From contig NMRA01000386.1 in the NCBI GenBank assembly GCA_002633005.1, positions 85,373-149,372 of the forward strand: a DNA stretch of 64,000 bases, given 5' to 3'. The notes under the pieces are model-generated. The model had not been told where the DNA came from. It worked only from the letters and a program-made list of their open reading frames with translations, and did no database searches. The translations under genes and the position numbers were made by a program. The stretch is from Phoronis australis. Its lineage: Eukaryota; Animalia; Phoronida. How positions within the stretch are numbered: the first letter of the stretch is position 1; the number at the start of each line of letters is the position of its first letter. Of the stretch, positions 51,118 to 61,560 are shown piece by piece.

Positions 51118-52625
51118 TTTTTATGCGCCCACATATTTATGTGTGGTCGCATATTGCCGTAATCTCTGTCTGGACATTCGGGCGCCGGGGGTCCGGCGTC
51201 CGTCGTCCGGCGTCCGCAGCTGTATCCCTAAACCCCTGACAGGAACTTGTTGAGATTTGGCAGATGTGTTCCTATCAAGCTGACGATGGATGACGACAAA
51301 TTTCGGACCTCTCCAATCACGGGTGTGCCCCCTAGTGGCAATTTTAGTTTTTTACGCTCACCTCTGTATCTTTGGAGGTACTTAACGTATTTTCACAAAA
51401 TTTGGAATATAGCCATCTATTAGTGAGATGACACCATCCTCTCGTTTTCGGATGAATTCAACGTAGTTTGCGCCGCCTAGTGGCCGTTTTTACTGTTTCG
51501 AGTCTGTTTTTTGACGTCCACCCCTCTATTAACCAAGAAACCGCTGGAAGGATGATTTTGAAAATTGGGATGTATGTTCTTACTATGAAAAGTTTGGCTG
51601 ACGTTGATTTTCCGACGGTTTCGAATACTGTGGCGCCTCCCAATGGCAGTTTTGTTTTCTTTTTGCGCCCATGGCTGTATCTCCTGAACCGTTTTCACGA
51701 TCTTTATTAAATTTCGCCAATATATTTTATGTGATGTCGACAACGGACAACGACGACTTTCGCAGGGATAGTTTTTTACATTTACCTCTGTATCTTTAAA
51801 GGTCCTCGACACATTTTCATAAAATTTGGGATATAGTCGTCTATTAGTGAGATGACGCTATTCTCCAGTTTTCGGATAGATTTGAGGTATTTTGCGCATC
51901 CTAGTGGCCATTTTCACTGTTTTCGAGTCTGCTTTTTGGCGCCAACCGAGTCGCTTTCAGGATAATTGGGAAAATTGGCATGTATTTTTTTACTATCATG
52001 TGGACGGCTGACAACAATTTTCCGATGACTTCGAGGACTCCTAGTGGCAGTTTCATTATTTTTGTGCCCATGGCTGTATCTCCTAAACTGTTTGCAGGAT
52101 CTTTACTAAATTTAACAAGTGTGTTTATATGATGTTGTCAACGGACAACGAAAATTTTCGGATGGATCTGACTACTGGTGTTCCCCCTGGTGACAATTTT
52201 AGTTTTACGTTTACCTGTGTATCTTCAAAGGTCCTCAACTGATTTTCATGAAATTTTGAATACGGGCATCTATTTGAGATGACGCTATCCTCCTGTTTTT
52301 GGCTGGAATCAAGGTATTTTGCGCCACCTAGTGGCCATTTTTGCTGTTTTCTGTCTGTTTTTTGGCGTCTACCCCAACGTCTATCAACCAAATCATCATA
52401 AGGATGATTATGAAAATTGGTTTATATGTTCTCAGTGTTAAGAGGATGATTGATGATGACAACTTTGACTACTGTGGTGCCTCCTAGTGACAGTTTTTTG
52501 CGCCCATAGCTGTATCTCCTAAACCCACTGCAGGATCTTCATTAAATTTGATTAGTAAGTGTATTTATATGAAGCTAACATCAGACAATGACGACTTTCA
52601 GGCGGATCCAATGAACAGTGTGCCT
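51118..52625 (+). mobile_element. Helentron/HINE-like non-autonomous element with higher-order internal repeats (copy 2)
   Basis: TTTTT followed by the hairpin ATGCGCCCACA...TGTGGTCGCAT, then a GTCCG-type microsatellite, then ~400-440-bp units (ctgtatct anchors at ~51364, ~51788, ~52217) built from ~145-bp subunits. This is the DINE-1/HINE layout. Confidence 0.7.
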
Positions 52626-52809
52626 TGTGAGTTGTATTCACTTTCAAACCTGAGAACAAGTCTTAGTGATTCATGACTTCCTTGAGCTTGGTTATTAACT
52701 TTTCTTAATCGGGTCGATTAAATACAGGTACAACACGTAGGAGCACGATTTCTAACAAATGAAGACATCGATTTCTTACGAGAAATAAGTTCCCTGTTTG
52801 ACATTGTGA

Positions 52810-54000
52810 CGTTCAGTATCCTGGTTTGTGATTGGGTAGTGGATCTAGGTTAGTGGTTAAAAACGATCCCATGGCAGCATCTCCAAATTGAGCTACGATT
52901 CTCCAAACCCCAATCCTAGACCAGCAAATACAAAAGCCACAGTACAAATCCCCATTCCCATACCACATAAAACGCCAACCAAACCCCAGTCCGGAGATTA
53001 GATTCTTCATCGCTCACGCGGTGAAGTCCCCTGTTCTTCAGGTATGGGACATGACCAAGACCTCCAGTAATTAAATTTGTTTCAACAAGAGCATAACCTG
53101 CCACTGTGATAGCCTGCTCGAACTGACCATCTGGTTCTGTATATTTCGTGCATGTCTCTCAGTGGTTTTGCAGCCCTTGCCGTCGAGTCACACCTAGCAG
53201 GAGTGTAAATTAAATGCAATGTGGATGGTTACCCAGACGTTACCACCAACGTCATTGTGTCCAAGACACTGGAGATCCTAAGACGTTGTGCGAAAATTGC
53301 TGAAATACGACTACCGATTACTCCTGGGCTCCTGTACCAGTTGGTCAGCTGCGACCGTCTACATATGGGACTCAACTTTTCATGACAGCGTATGTTTTGG
53401 CGTTCTTTGCTTTTTCCGAATATCAGATTTGGTTTGCCCAAACAATGGAGGTCTTCAAACGGACGACGTCACCTTCGCCAACAACAGGGTCTTCATTCAA
53501 ATCACGTCATCCAAGACCGACAAGATTGGGAAAACCTCGATACTCGTTATACCTCCCTTATCCCACCACCCACTCATATGCCCGGTGGACAACATGCTCA
53601 AATTTCGCCCACCAGTTCCTCTGTCATTTTGGAGAAAAACCCTTCACTTGCTATCATTTTAGCGCAATCCTTCATTTGGCTATGAAGAAACTGGGTGTGG
53701 AACATGGAAAATACCGGTCACTTTTATTCCGCATAGGTGTTGCCACAGCGGCAAGCATAGCTGGCTGGACACCAGAACAAATCAGACTCGCAGGCAGATG
53801 GTCTACACACTCACACGCATATGAAACATATGTTCCAACTAATTCTGAAAAACTATTACTTCGCAATTTGGACAGGTTCTAAAAGATAGCTTAAGTCTTT
53901 CAGGGATAGTGGGATCGTTGATTGTCAAACGGGAGTTTATTCATGCCAGGACAATACCCGCGGGCACGAACTTGAGGTTACAGCCCGTGCTTACAGAGGC
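52810..54000 (+). mobile_element. DIRS/Ngaro-type tyrosine-recombinase retrotransposon fragment
   Basis: YR motifs RLPIT, AYVLAFFAF/RISDL, SKTDKIG, CPV, RSLLFRIGVATAASIAG...IRLAGRWS...YETYV. Downstream GSLIVKR.F.HAR...GTNL resembles the start of the Ngaro SGNH-hydrolase ORF. Frameshifted; no RT seen. Confidence 0.8.
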
Positions 54001-54824
54001 CAACTTTCCATTGCACTGTACTGATTCAGGCTCCGTCTGAAGTTGGGTTTAATCTAGACATTTTGGCTTATCAACTGTATATCACCTAAATTTGTTTAAA
54101 TCATAATTATCTAGTGACTTTTCAAAGTATTAATAATGAACATATTTTATAGATAATATAGCATTCGCCTTCAAGCACACCAGATCAACCAGCTCAGCAA
54201 ACAAGCGGTAGTGGAAGGCAAGAGGAATCTACGTCATCGTAGGAGAACAGAGGAGGCAGAGCTTGTGAGGTTAACCGGGAGTTGCAAGTCAAAAGTCTCA
54301 TTGAAGAAATATTATGCCAGGTATGAAACTAACAATTGGATCATTTTAACAAAAATTCTGATAGTCATGCAGTTCCTATCTTTGTACATGTTGGCAAATA
54401 TATCCTACAGTTATTACAAATAAAAGTTATAGCGTTTAAAGAATTGTTTTCATTGGTGTGAATGCAGTCAATTAGTTACTCTCACTTTTGGGTCGAATCA
54501 ATTGCATGGATGAGAGCAGAAATTGAGAGACCTACTGTTGGATGTCGCAATGCGAGAACCTAGTCTAGTGTTTAGGCTACCAAAGGTCACTTCATTGAAT
54601 CATTACCCAGCACCATCATGGTGCCCTTGTCTCAGGTGTCAAGAAATGTCGTGGGCAGCAAGCTAAATTGACTCACTGCAAAGTGTTTAGTACAGACTAC
54701 ACATACATCAGTGGGAAACATTTTACAAAATTATCTAGTACTTTTTTGAAGGCCTGTTCTTTTTTCCATTTAAAGGTGGGTCATATAGTCGGTGGGCCAG
54801 ATCTCATAGCGTTCATCCTTGTGA

Positions 54825-55070
54825 GTACTTTTGGGGGGCAACCTAGTTTTTTCTATATGGCTAGATAATATACCTATAAATCAAATTCCAAAAAGTTCCC
54901 ACGTCTACACTTGCACATTTTTCTTAAAAAGGTGTTTTTGTTGCACGAAATATTATGCACATTCCTGCCACTTGGTGGCGCTTTTCTATTGAATTGACCA
55001 ATCAGAGAGCCAGATTGTATTGTTGTGCTTAGTTATTTCAAATATGGCAGCTCCCATGGAGTGTGATGCC
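54825..55070 (+). mobile_element. Diverged third copy of the left end of the 24760 element family
   Basis: ttttggggggcaacctagtttttctatatggcta...aaaagttcccacgt...cacatttt...ccaatcaga...aatatggcagctccc matches 24800-25035. Confidence 0.6.
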
Positions 55071-57071
55071 TGTATAATTCAAGGTTTATCAAACAGCACA
55101 AAATTGTGATGCCAGAACCTCAAGAAGCTTAGAGAAGCATTCTGATAAAAGCTGATGGTCTGTCGAACTCTGTAGAACAGTAGATTGAAACGAAGGAGAG
55201 ATGTCTGTGCAGTAAACAGCTCCATGTCCTGCTTTAGCCTATACAGTATACTGCTGCAGAATACCAAGTGTCAGACCAAAAATTGAAAGGACATAGAAAG
55301 GCATAACAATGTTTCAAGACACCAGCAGTAGTACTTAAGCGGAAGCTTATGAAAGTGATACAGATGTTACCCAAAATTTCCCAAGAAAATCAATTAGACT
55401 TCCAAAATCTGAAACACCCAATTAACCTGAACAAGATAGGAACATTCTGAAACATGAGTGCATCATTTGTTAGCAGGAAAAGTATATTATGGACCACATT
55501 TCAAGAAAGAGAAAGAAGTAACAACTTTATAGCTTTGAAAAACAGGTACGTGTTTTTGAAAGGTACATCTTGGTGTTTACAAGTGTGTTTCAGTATTATC
55601 ACCAGTTCTTTTTTTTAACTTGTTCAGCCCCTTGGCTGCCTAGGCCTTAGACAAATACCGCTGACCCAGCAGAGACGGTGATGATACCATAGGTACTCCA
55701 TATGCCGTATGCTTTTTGGCAAATTATGCATCACACTGGTTAAACCATAAGTCATGTTGCTATAAGTTTAGAAGTACCGCGTAGAGAGATGCCCCTGAGG
55801 AGGCCGTTAATTGTTCCCAATTTAAACAAATACTCATGCAATCCTGTTTTTCGAACACTCCCTTGTTTATTTGACACATCGACACTGCTTGCGCCAGGGG
55901 ATAATCATATGGCGTTATACTTTGGGGGTGATTTTAAGCACTTGGGAGACATGTGTGCAGAGTTGCAATTGTGTTTGTATGATTTTAAAATATTTACAGA
56001 CCCTTTAGGACATACAGGTTACACATACATGTATGTAGCTGAGCATTGAATGTTAGTACTTTGGTGTAGTTGCGTGCGCACAATTGTTACTTCTTCTGTG
56101 AGATGAAAGCATTTCACTGTTATTGCTGAAATCTCATTGTCACTACAGTTGAATTCTGTGATTCAAAGTGGGAGGTGTTCGCCACAAGTTTTGGTTGACT
56201 CAACAAAACATGAGTTTCTGACGCGAGTAAATAAGCTTTTGCCGTTGGGTTATTTACGAATTCGTTTTATACCGTCATTCACTGCGCTAAACAGTCTCGT
56301 GTCGGTTAACCAGTATGGCAACTACGTAGTCTAGCGTACATCTTGTTTGTGCCAGTCCGAGGTGCACTGATTAGTGCAAGTTTCTCAGAGAAAAGCGATA
56401 TCATGGAAATCTTTCCGAGTAAATTAGGCCTCTTAGTTCTTGATCACTTTAGAACCTACATGTATTAAACACGCGTTTCTTGGTTGTGAGTACGTAGGTC
56501 CACTTTGGAACATCACAGTCATGGCTTTCAAATGTAATAGGGACTAACCAAATGTGCTGTTATTTGCATATTTTGGGGACTATTTTTACGAACTTAGTCA
56601 TATCTTAACCCAGGCACAATTCTTTAGTTATACTTGTGCCAAGGTCACATGTAGCCATGTACTTAAGACATCGTAATTGGTGACGTCGTGCTATGGAAAA
56701 TATGGAGGTAAGGTAATCGCAAACTGACATAGATTCACAGTAAGTTTAAGTGAAGCAGAGCTGAAAAATGTGATTGTGAGAGTTAATTTAATTTTTTTGC
56801 TCCTCACCTGTAATGCTAATTTATGGCATTTTAATAGATTATTTCAACACATTTGAAATAAGAAAACAAAGACGATTCCACTAAACAAAAGTGGGTGTTC
56901 GATCTTTTTATACGATTTGTGTCTCATGAGTCGGAATTCTTTCCCATGCACTGCAGTATGTCACCTCAAAAGAGCAAGGAGAAAAATCGTGTTGATGACA
57001 ATGAACGCTGTCCGTTGTGCACCTTGAGGGAGAAATGTGTAAAATGTTTTTTCACACTGGTTTCTCTCAAA

Positions 57072-57561
57072 CACGAGCTTTAAAATTAGCGAGTAAGTAA
57101 ATAACGACATATCTATCTATTCGGTTTATTACTCTAAACCATTCTCAAAGAAACAGTTCAGACTCAAAACAGGCAACACAGGTAGAGAAGAGACTATACA
57201 GGTACACGATTCAATCATTCCTTGGCAACTGGTCACACTTTAGATGGCTCTGGTGTTCAGATCCTAGACAAGGATGATGCCACCCCCAAGCGCTTCATAA
57301 AGGAGGCTATGCATATGCTACGGTTGAATCATGCTGAGCGTTACCTCAATAGAAATATTGGTTCATTTGAGATACAACTGTTTTGATTTCTGGTCTCTCC
57401 CCTCACAATGAGTTTTGAGATGTACCTGCACATTCTCTTCTCTACCGGTGTCTCCTGTTTTGAGTCTGTTAACTGTTTCCTTGAGAACGGTTTAGAGTAA
57501 TAAACAGAAACGTTGGATAAATATATCGTTATTTACTTATGCGCTAATTTTAAAGTTCGTG
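57072..57561. mobile_element. Penelope-like element 3' remnant enclosed by ~120-bp inverted pseudo-LTRs
   Basis: 57072-57193 is the reverse complement of 57434-57561. The interior (+) encodes NHSLATGHTLDGSGVQILDKDDATPKRFIKEAMHM...LNRNIG, resembling the GIY-YIG C-terminus of Penelope-like elements (H...GH.....ILD.E....R..KEA..I...LNRD.G). Confidence 0.8.
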
Positions 57562-58109
57562 CTTCTGTTCTGGCCTAAATCAAATGTGACCAATGATTTC
57601 TTTTACTTCATGAAACTATGTCATAGAAGCATTGGCTGTTTTGGTATATCAAAAAATAACCAAAATTGTCTACATGAGCAAGCATTGTTCTTAAAAGCCA
57701 GTGATGTTGAGCAAAACACTGACTTCTGCCGAGTCTTGCTTCCTCGGTGTCCCCTCGTTAGTCGGGCGTGTGTTACCCTGAAATAGCTAGAATCGGCCAT
57801 TTTTGTTCAATTGCACTTGTATTGATAACATCCTACATCTGTACAGGAGTACCCACTACGAGGAATCCATCACCTATGTCTATGTAGGACAATCCATTCC
57901 AATGAATACGCATACAGGTGAATATCAGGTGTACTCTGTCCGACCATCAAGCTGTATCCGTCATAGTGGGCGTGTCACAATTTGGTCTGACTAGTATGTG
58001 ATTCGAATATCAAGAGATTGCTGTTGTTAGTTGGTCTATGCTGTTTTGTGTCTTGAGAAATTGTTCGACAATAGACGAACTTGACAGGGCGTAACCGTCT
58101 TAGTGCTTT

Positions 58110-58196
58110 ATCCGTCATAATGGGTGTACCCGTCAACTTGGGTATAACGGTCACAGAGGGTGTACTCGTCATAATGGGCGTGCTGGTCACAGTGGT
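58110..58196. repeat. Degenerate 18-bp minisatellite (~5 units)
   Basis: gtcataatgggtgtaccc / gtcaacttgggtataacg / gtcacagagggtgtactc / gtcataatgggcgtgctg / gtcacagtgg. Confidence 0.7.
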
Positions 58197-61100
58197 TCAA
58201 GCTGTACTTCTGTAAAGGTCAGCCGAGCTCAAGGCCCGACTCATTGGTCCTGCACTTACTCTATGTTCAGATCGAGTAGAGTTTGTGTAGGCTGGGTCAA
58301 GGGGATTGTGGATCGAAGACGTCGTGGGTCGAGGGATGTTGGGCTAGTGGGGGGTAATTATACAGGTGCACCTACTGAGGTGGTTGCAACTATATTTGTA
58401 CAAGTTTACACACACCGATGCACCCTCTCCGGAACATCTTCATCTACAAACTAACATTTTTGAGGCACACCTACATTTAAATAGGTGTGCACATTTTCAC
58501 TAACCAAAATATTCAACAGAAGCGAAAAGTCCAATTTAAATATTAAGAAGTAGCTAGTAATTAATCAAACAATGATATTTCTTCCCAATGCTAGGTAGGC
58601 CCTTCCCGTTCGAACGTTCAGTATTCGTAGTGGAAGTCCAAGCTTCAAACTCGATGATATGTTTTGTAGATGACGCGTATGGGAAACCAAACAACAAGTG
58701 AAAGGGACGAAGGTGTATGTGTTGCTTCCTACGGAGAACCAAATTCCTTCTCGGAACGTTCGAACCTGTTTTGTTATCTTGGGCTGAGAATGCGTGATTA
58801 ATAATTCTTGCTCCTTGAAAGATCTGTTTAATAGATTAACGTGATATACAGGCTCACAATGATATCAATAGTGTCTCAAATTATCCGTGACATTGAACAA
58901 TTTGGGAAGATCTTGAACTTAAGGAAGTTAGTGTAACTCGTTTCTTCTGACGTAACATCTTCTACATTTGATTGGTTATGAGATTCACTAACAAGCGGAC
59001 GCAGCATTCATCTGTATCAAATCGAGAGCAATGTCAGATCCATACGAAACCCCCATCCTGGCTTCGAACACCACCTGCAATGAAATGCTTACATAGTAAC
59101 ACAACCTATAAAACCGTGTTCAGCCAAAGATTACTTTTGACTTAGATTGCTTATCATTATAACACTGGTTTTAACGTTTTTTTTAAATTAGAGCAGCTTT
59201 CACTTGTCTAGAAAAACCAACATTTCGTCAGCTCTGCTTAGAGGCAGACTCAACATCTTAACTCAGCAAGTCGCGGCGGGTTATTTGTGCCCGACATGGT
59301 CTGAAGAAACAACGAACCAGAAATCAGGCAAACATTATTTCAAGTTTTTCCATATCCTTTGTCTAACAACATCATCACTGAGATTTCATACAGCGCAGCG
59401 TGGAAAACGACGCATTGTATATTGGACTAACACAGGAACCACCTTCATTTCTATTATACAGCGTTAGGCGTCTGGTTAATCCAAACAGATTCCGCAGTTT
59501 TGTCTCGCAATACACTGCTTCCCCGTCAAGCAGGGGTACGTGACACAGGGGCATTACTTTCCGATCTCTTGTGCTGTTAGCTACAGCCTGAACACAATTT
59601 CATGCTCTAGCAAACGATAGCCAAACATCTAAATGGAGTTGCTTCAACAACACAAGTAGTGTCACACGAGGCATGGCCGTCTTAAGTAGTCCAGAAAACA
59701 ATGCACTGTTTCCAAGCCAACTGACTGGAAAACCCAACATCACAGCTGGTGATGCCAGCCACTGGTCACTGACATAAGCGCAGTTAATTTTACCTTTGTT
59801 TCTCTTGCACAATTAACAAGAGTCATGCTTGGTAGTTAAAAGTTGTAGTTTCTTTGACACAAGGTGGGTCTTTATTCTGACAATCATTCATGTGTAAATG
59901 AAACTTGCGGTGCAACTCCGTTTAATCACGTAAGCATTACCCAGTCTACCAACGAAACCCGATAAGCGTCTAATGATCGACACCCTGTCTCAAAGCAATC
60001 CGAGGCCGTGATGCGTAAGCAACCCAATTGAGACAAGCGGTAAGTGTAAGCAGTGACATTCTTAAACAAGTGAGAACTTACAGTTTGGGGAACGTGTCTG
60101 TTAATGTTAACACACTGCACATGTAACTGATTCTGTCAACTTAACATAGTGGGTAACAAAAAAGGAACTCGCAAATGCTGTCTTAGCTTTGTACAACACA
60201 GGCCTCCCCTCAAATCTGTGCTCTTCTGATCTGTGGGCCCTGAGCTGTAGAAAACTTCGTTGATACTTCCACATGGCAATTTACTAAAATATATTCTGAT
60301 TCAGTATTTAAAAAGTTCTCGCGATTTAGGTTGCATCTTTTCTGTAAAACAAGAAGATACATGTATACGGATTAAACAGTCACACATGTTGAGTAGCAGA
60401 GGGCGCTGTAGACAACTGCATTTCTTTAGCTAATCACAAAGTGAGAAACCCGTATCTGGTACTCAGAAGTCTTTGACATATAGACAAAAAGCCTACACTG
60501 CTTAGCCCAAGTTACAAAAGTTTTTGATCTTAAACAAATTATGAAAAAACAGAAAATGGAAATGCGTATACAGTGTACATGGTGATAACATGTGCCACAT
60601 AATTTTTCGCAGTGTCTCCAGGGGTGTGGTAAAATAATGAAATTGATGGATATTTCATCAGTCAAGTGCAGCCTAGAATTACGAAAATTTCTATTGAAAA
60701 TGATGCCACGTTGAAAGGGGCGTCATTTGAGAACACGTTTCAATAAAGCTGATTTGCTTTAAAAATCATTTTTAAAATGATTTTAATGAAAATTAAGCCG
60801 AAAGGGTACCTTGAACTTGTCAGCACACAGCGTAACCACAGTTGCATTGGTTTTTGTCTGAGTAAACAAAAACAACGTGGTATAAGTTATTGCGCGAACG
60901 GACACAACAGGTAGGGAAACTCCGCATTTGACTTTTCTTCCAATCGTTTCAGCACGCGTATAAGAGCGCGTATACATGTATTTTATTGTTTGATGCGACT
61001 TCTACAGGAACGATTGGTATAACCAGTGCTATCTCATGAAAACTGCATCAGCTGCTACCAAATCACAGTGTCCTGTTTATGTACGTGGTACTCAGACAGT

Positions 61101-61560
61101 ATTTAAAACCAAAAGTCATTACCATGGCATGTTTTTAGGGAAACACTCATTGCCATGAACAACACCAAGAACAAATTAATGAAAAGTGCCAAAACTTCAT
61201 TAACTTTACAAAAATCAACTTCACAAGCAATGTTCTTTAATTGTTGCATACTACTGAAACAATGGAACACCGAAATTGACCAAAAATAAGCAATTAAGAG
61301 GTACATGTACAAATCAAAACTGCAATGATCTGATCAATGTTCAGTTGCATGGGGCAATGAACATGGAATAACACAGCCATATGAATTATATTTTCGCGTA
61401 ACCCATTCAAATTGCTGAATGCAAATGGCTTTTTGTTTCAATGTGAAGAGCGCTTTTGGAGGCCAGGGTAGGAAACTATTGGCACCACGAAAAGATTAGA
61501 ATTTGAAGAAATTGAATTTGTCTGGTAACTTTCTTTGGGCTTGATTGTAATATGGAGAGA

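Noticed and set aside
51325-52490. CRISPR-like array (short motif recurring at regular spacing)
   Set aside because: The intervening segments are ~130 bp and homologous to one another, there are no cas genes, and the context is eukaryotic.
53288-53882. Phage integrase or bacterial contamination
   Set aside because: Motif style and the neighbouring SGNH-like remnant fit DIRS/Ngaro; the context is intron- and transposon-rich animal DNA.
57975-58190. Mucin-like TSTP-repeat exon
   Set aside because: Fully explained by an 18-bp minisatellite; no convincing partner exons.
60810-60857. Isolated 48-nt exon-like segment on the - strand (tttactcag|ACA...AAG|gtaccc)
   Set aside because: The splice-like signals are good, but there is no recognisable product and no linked exons.
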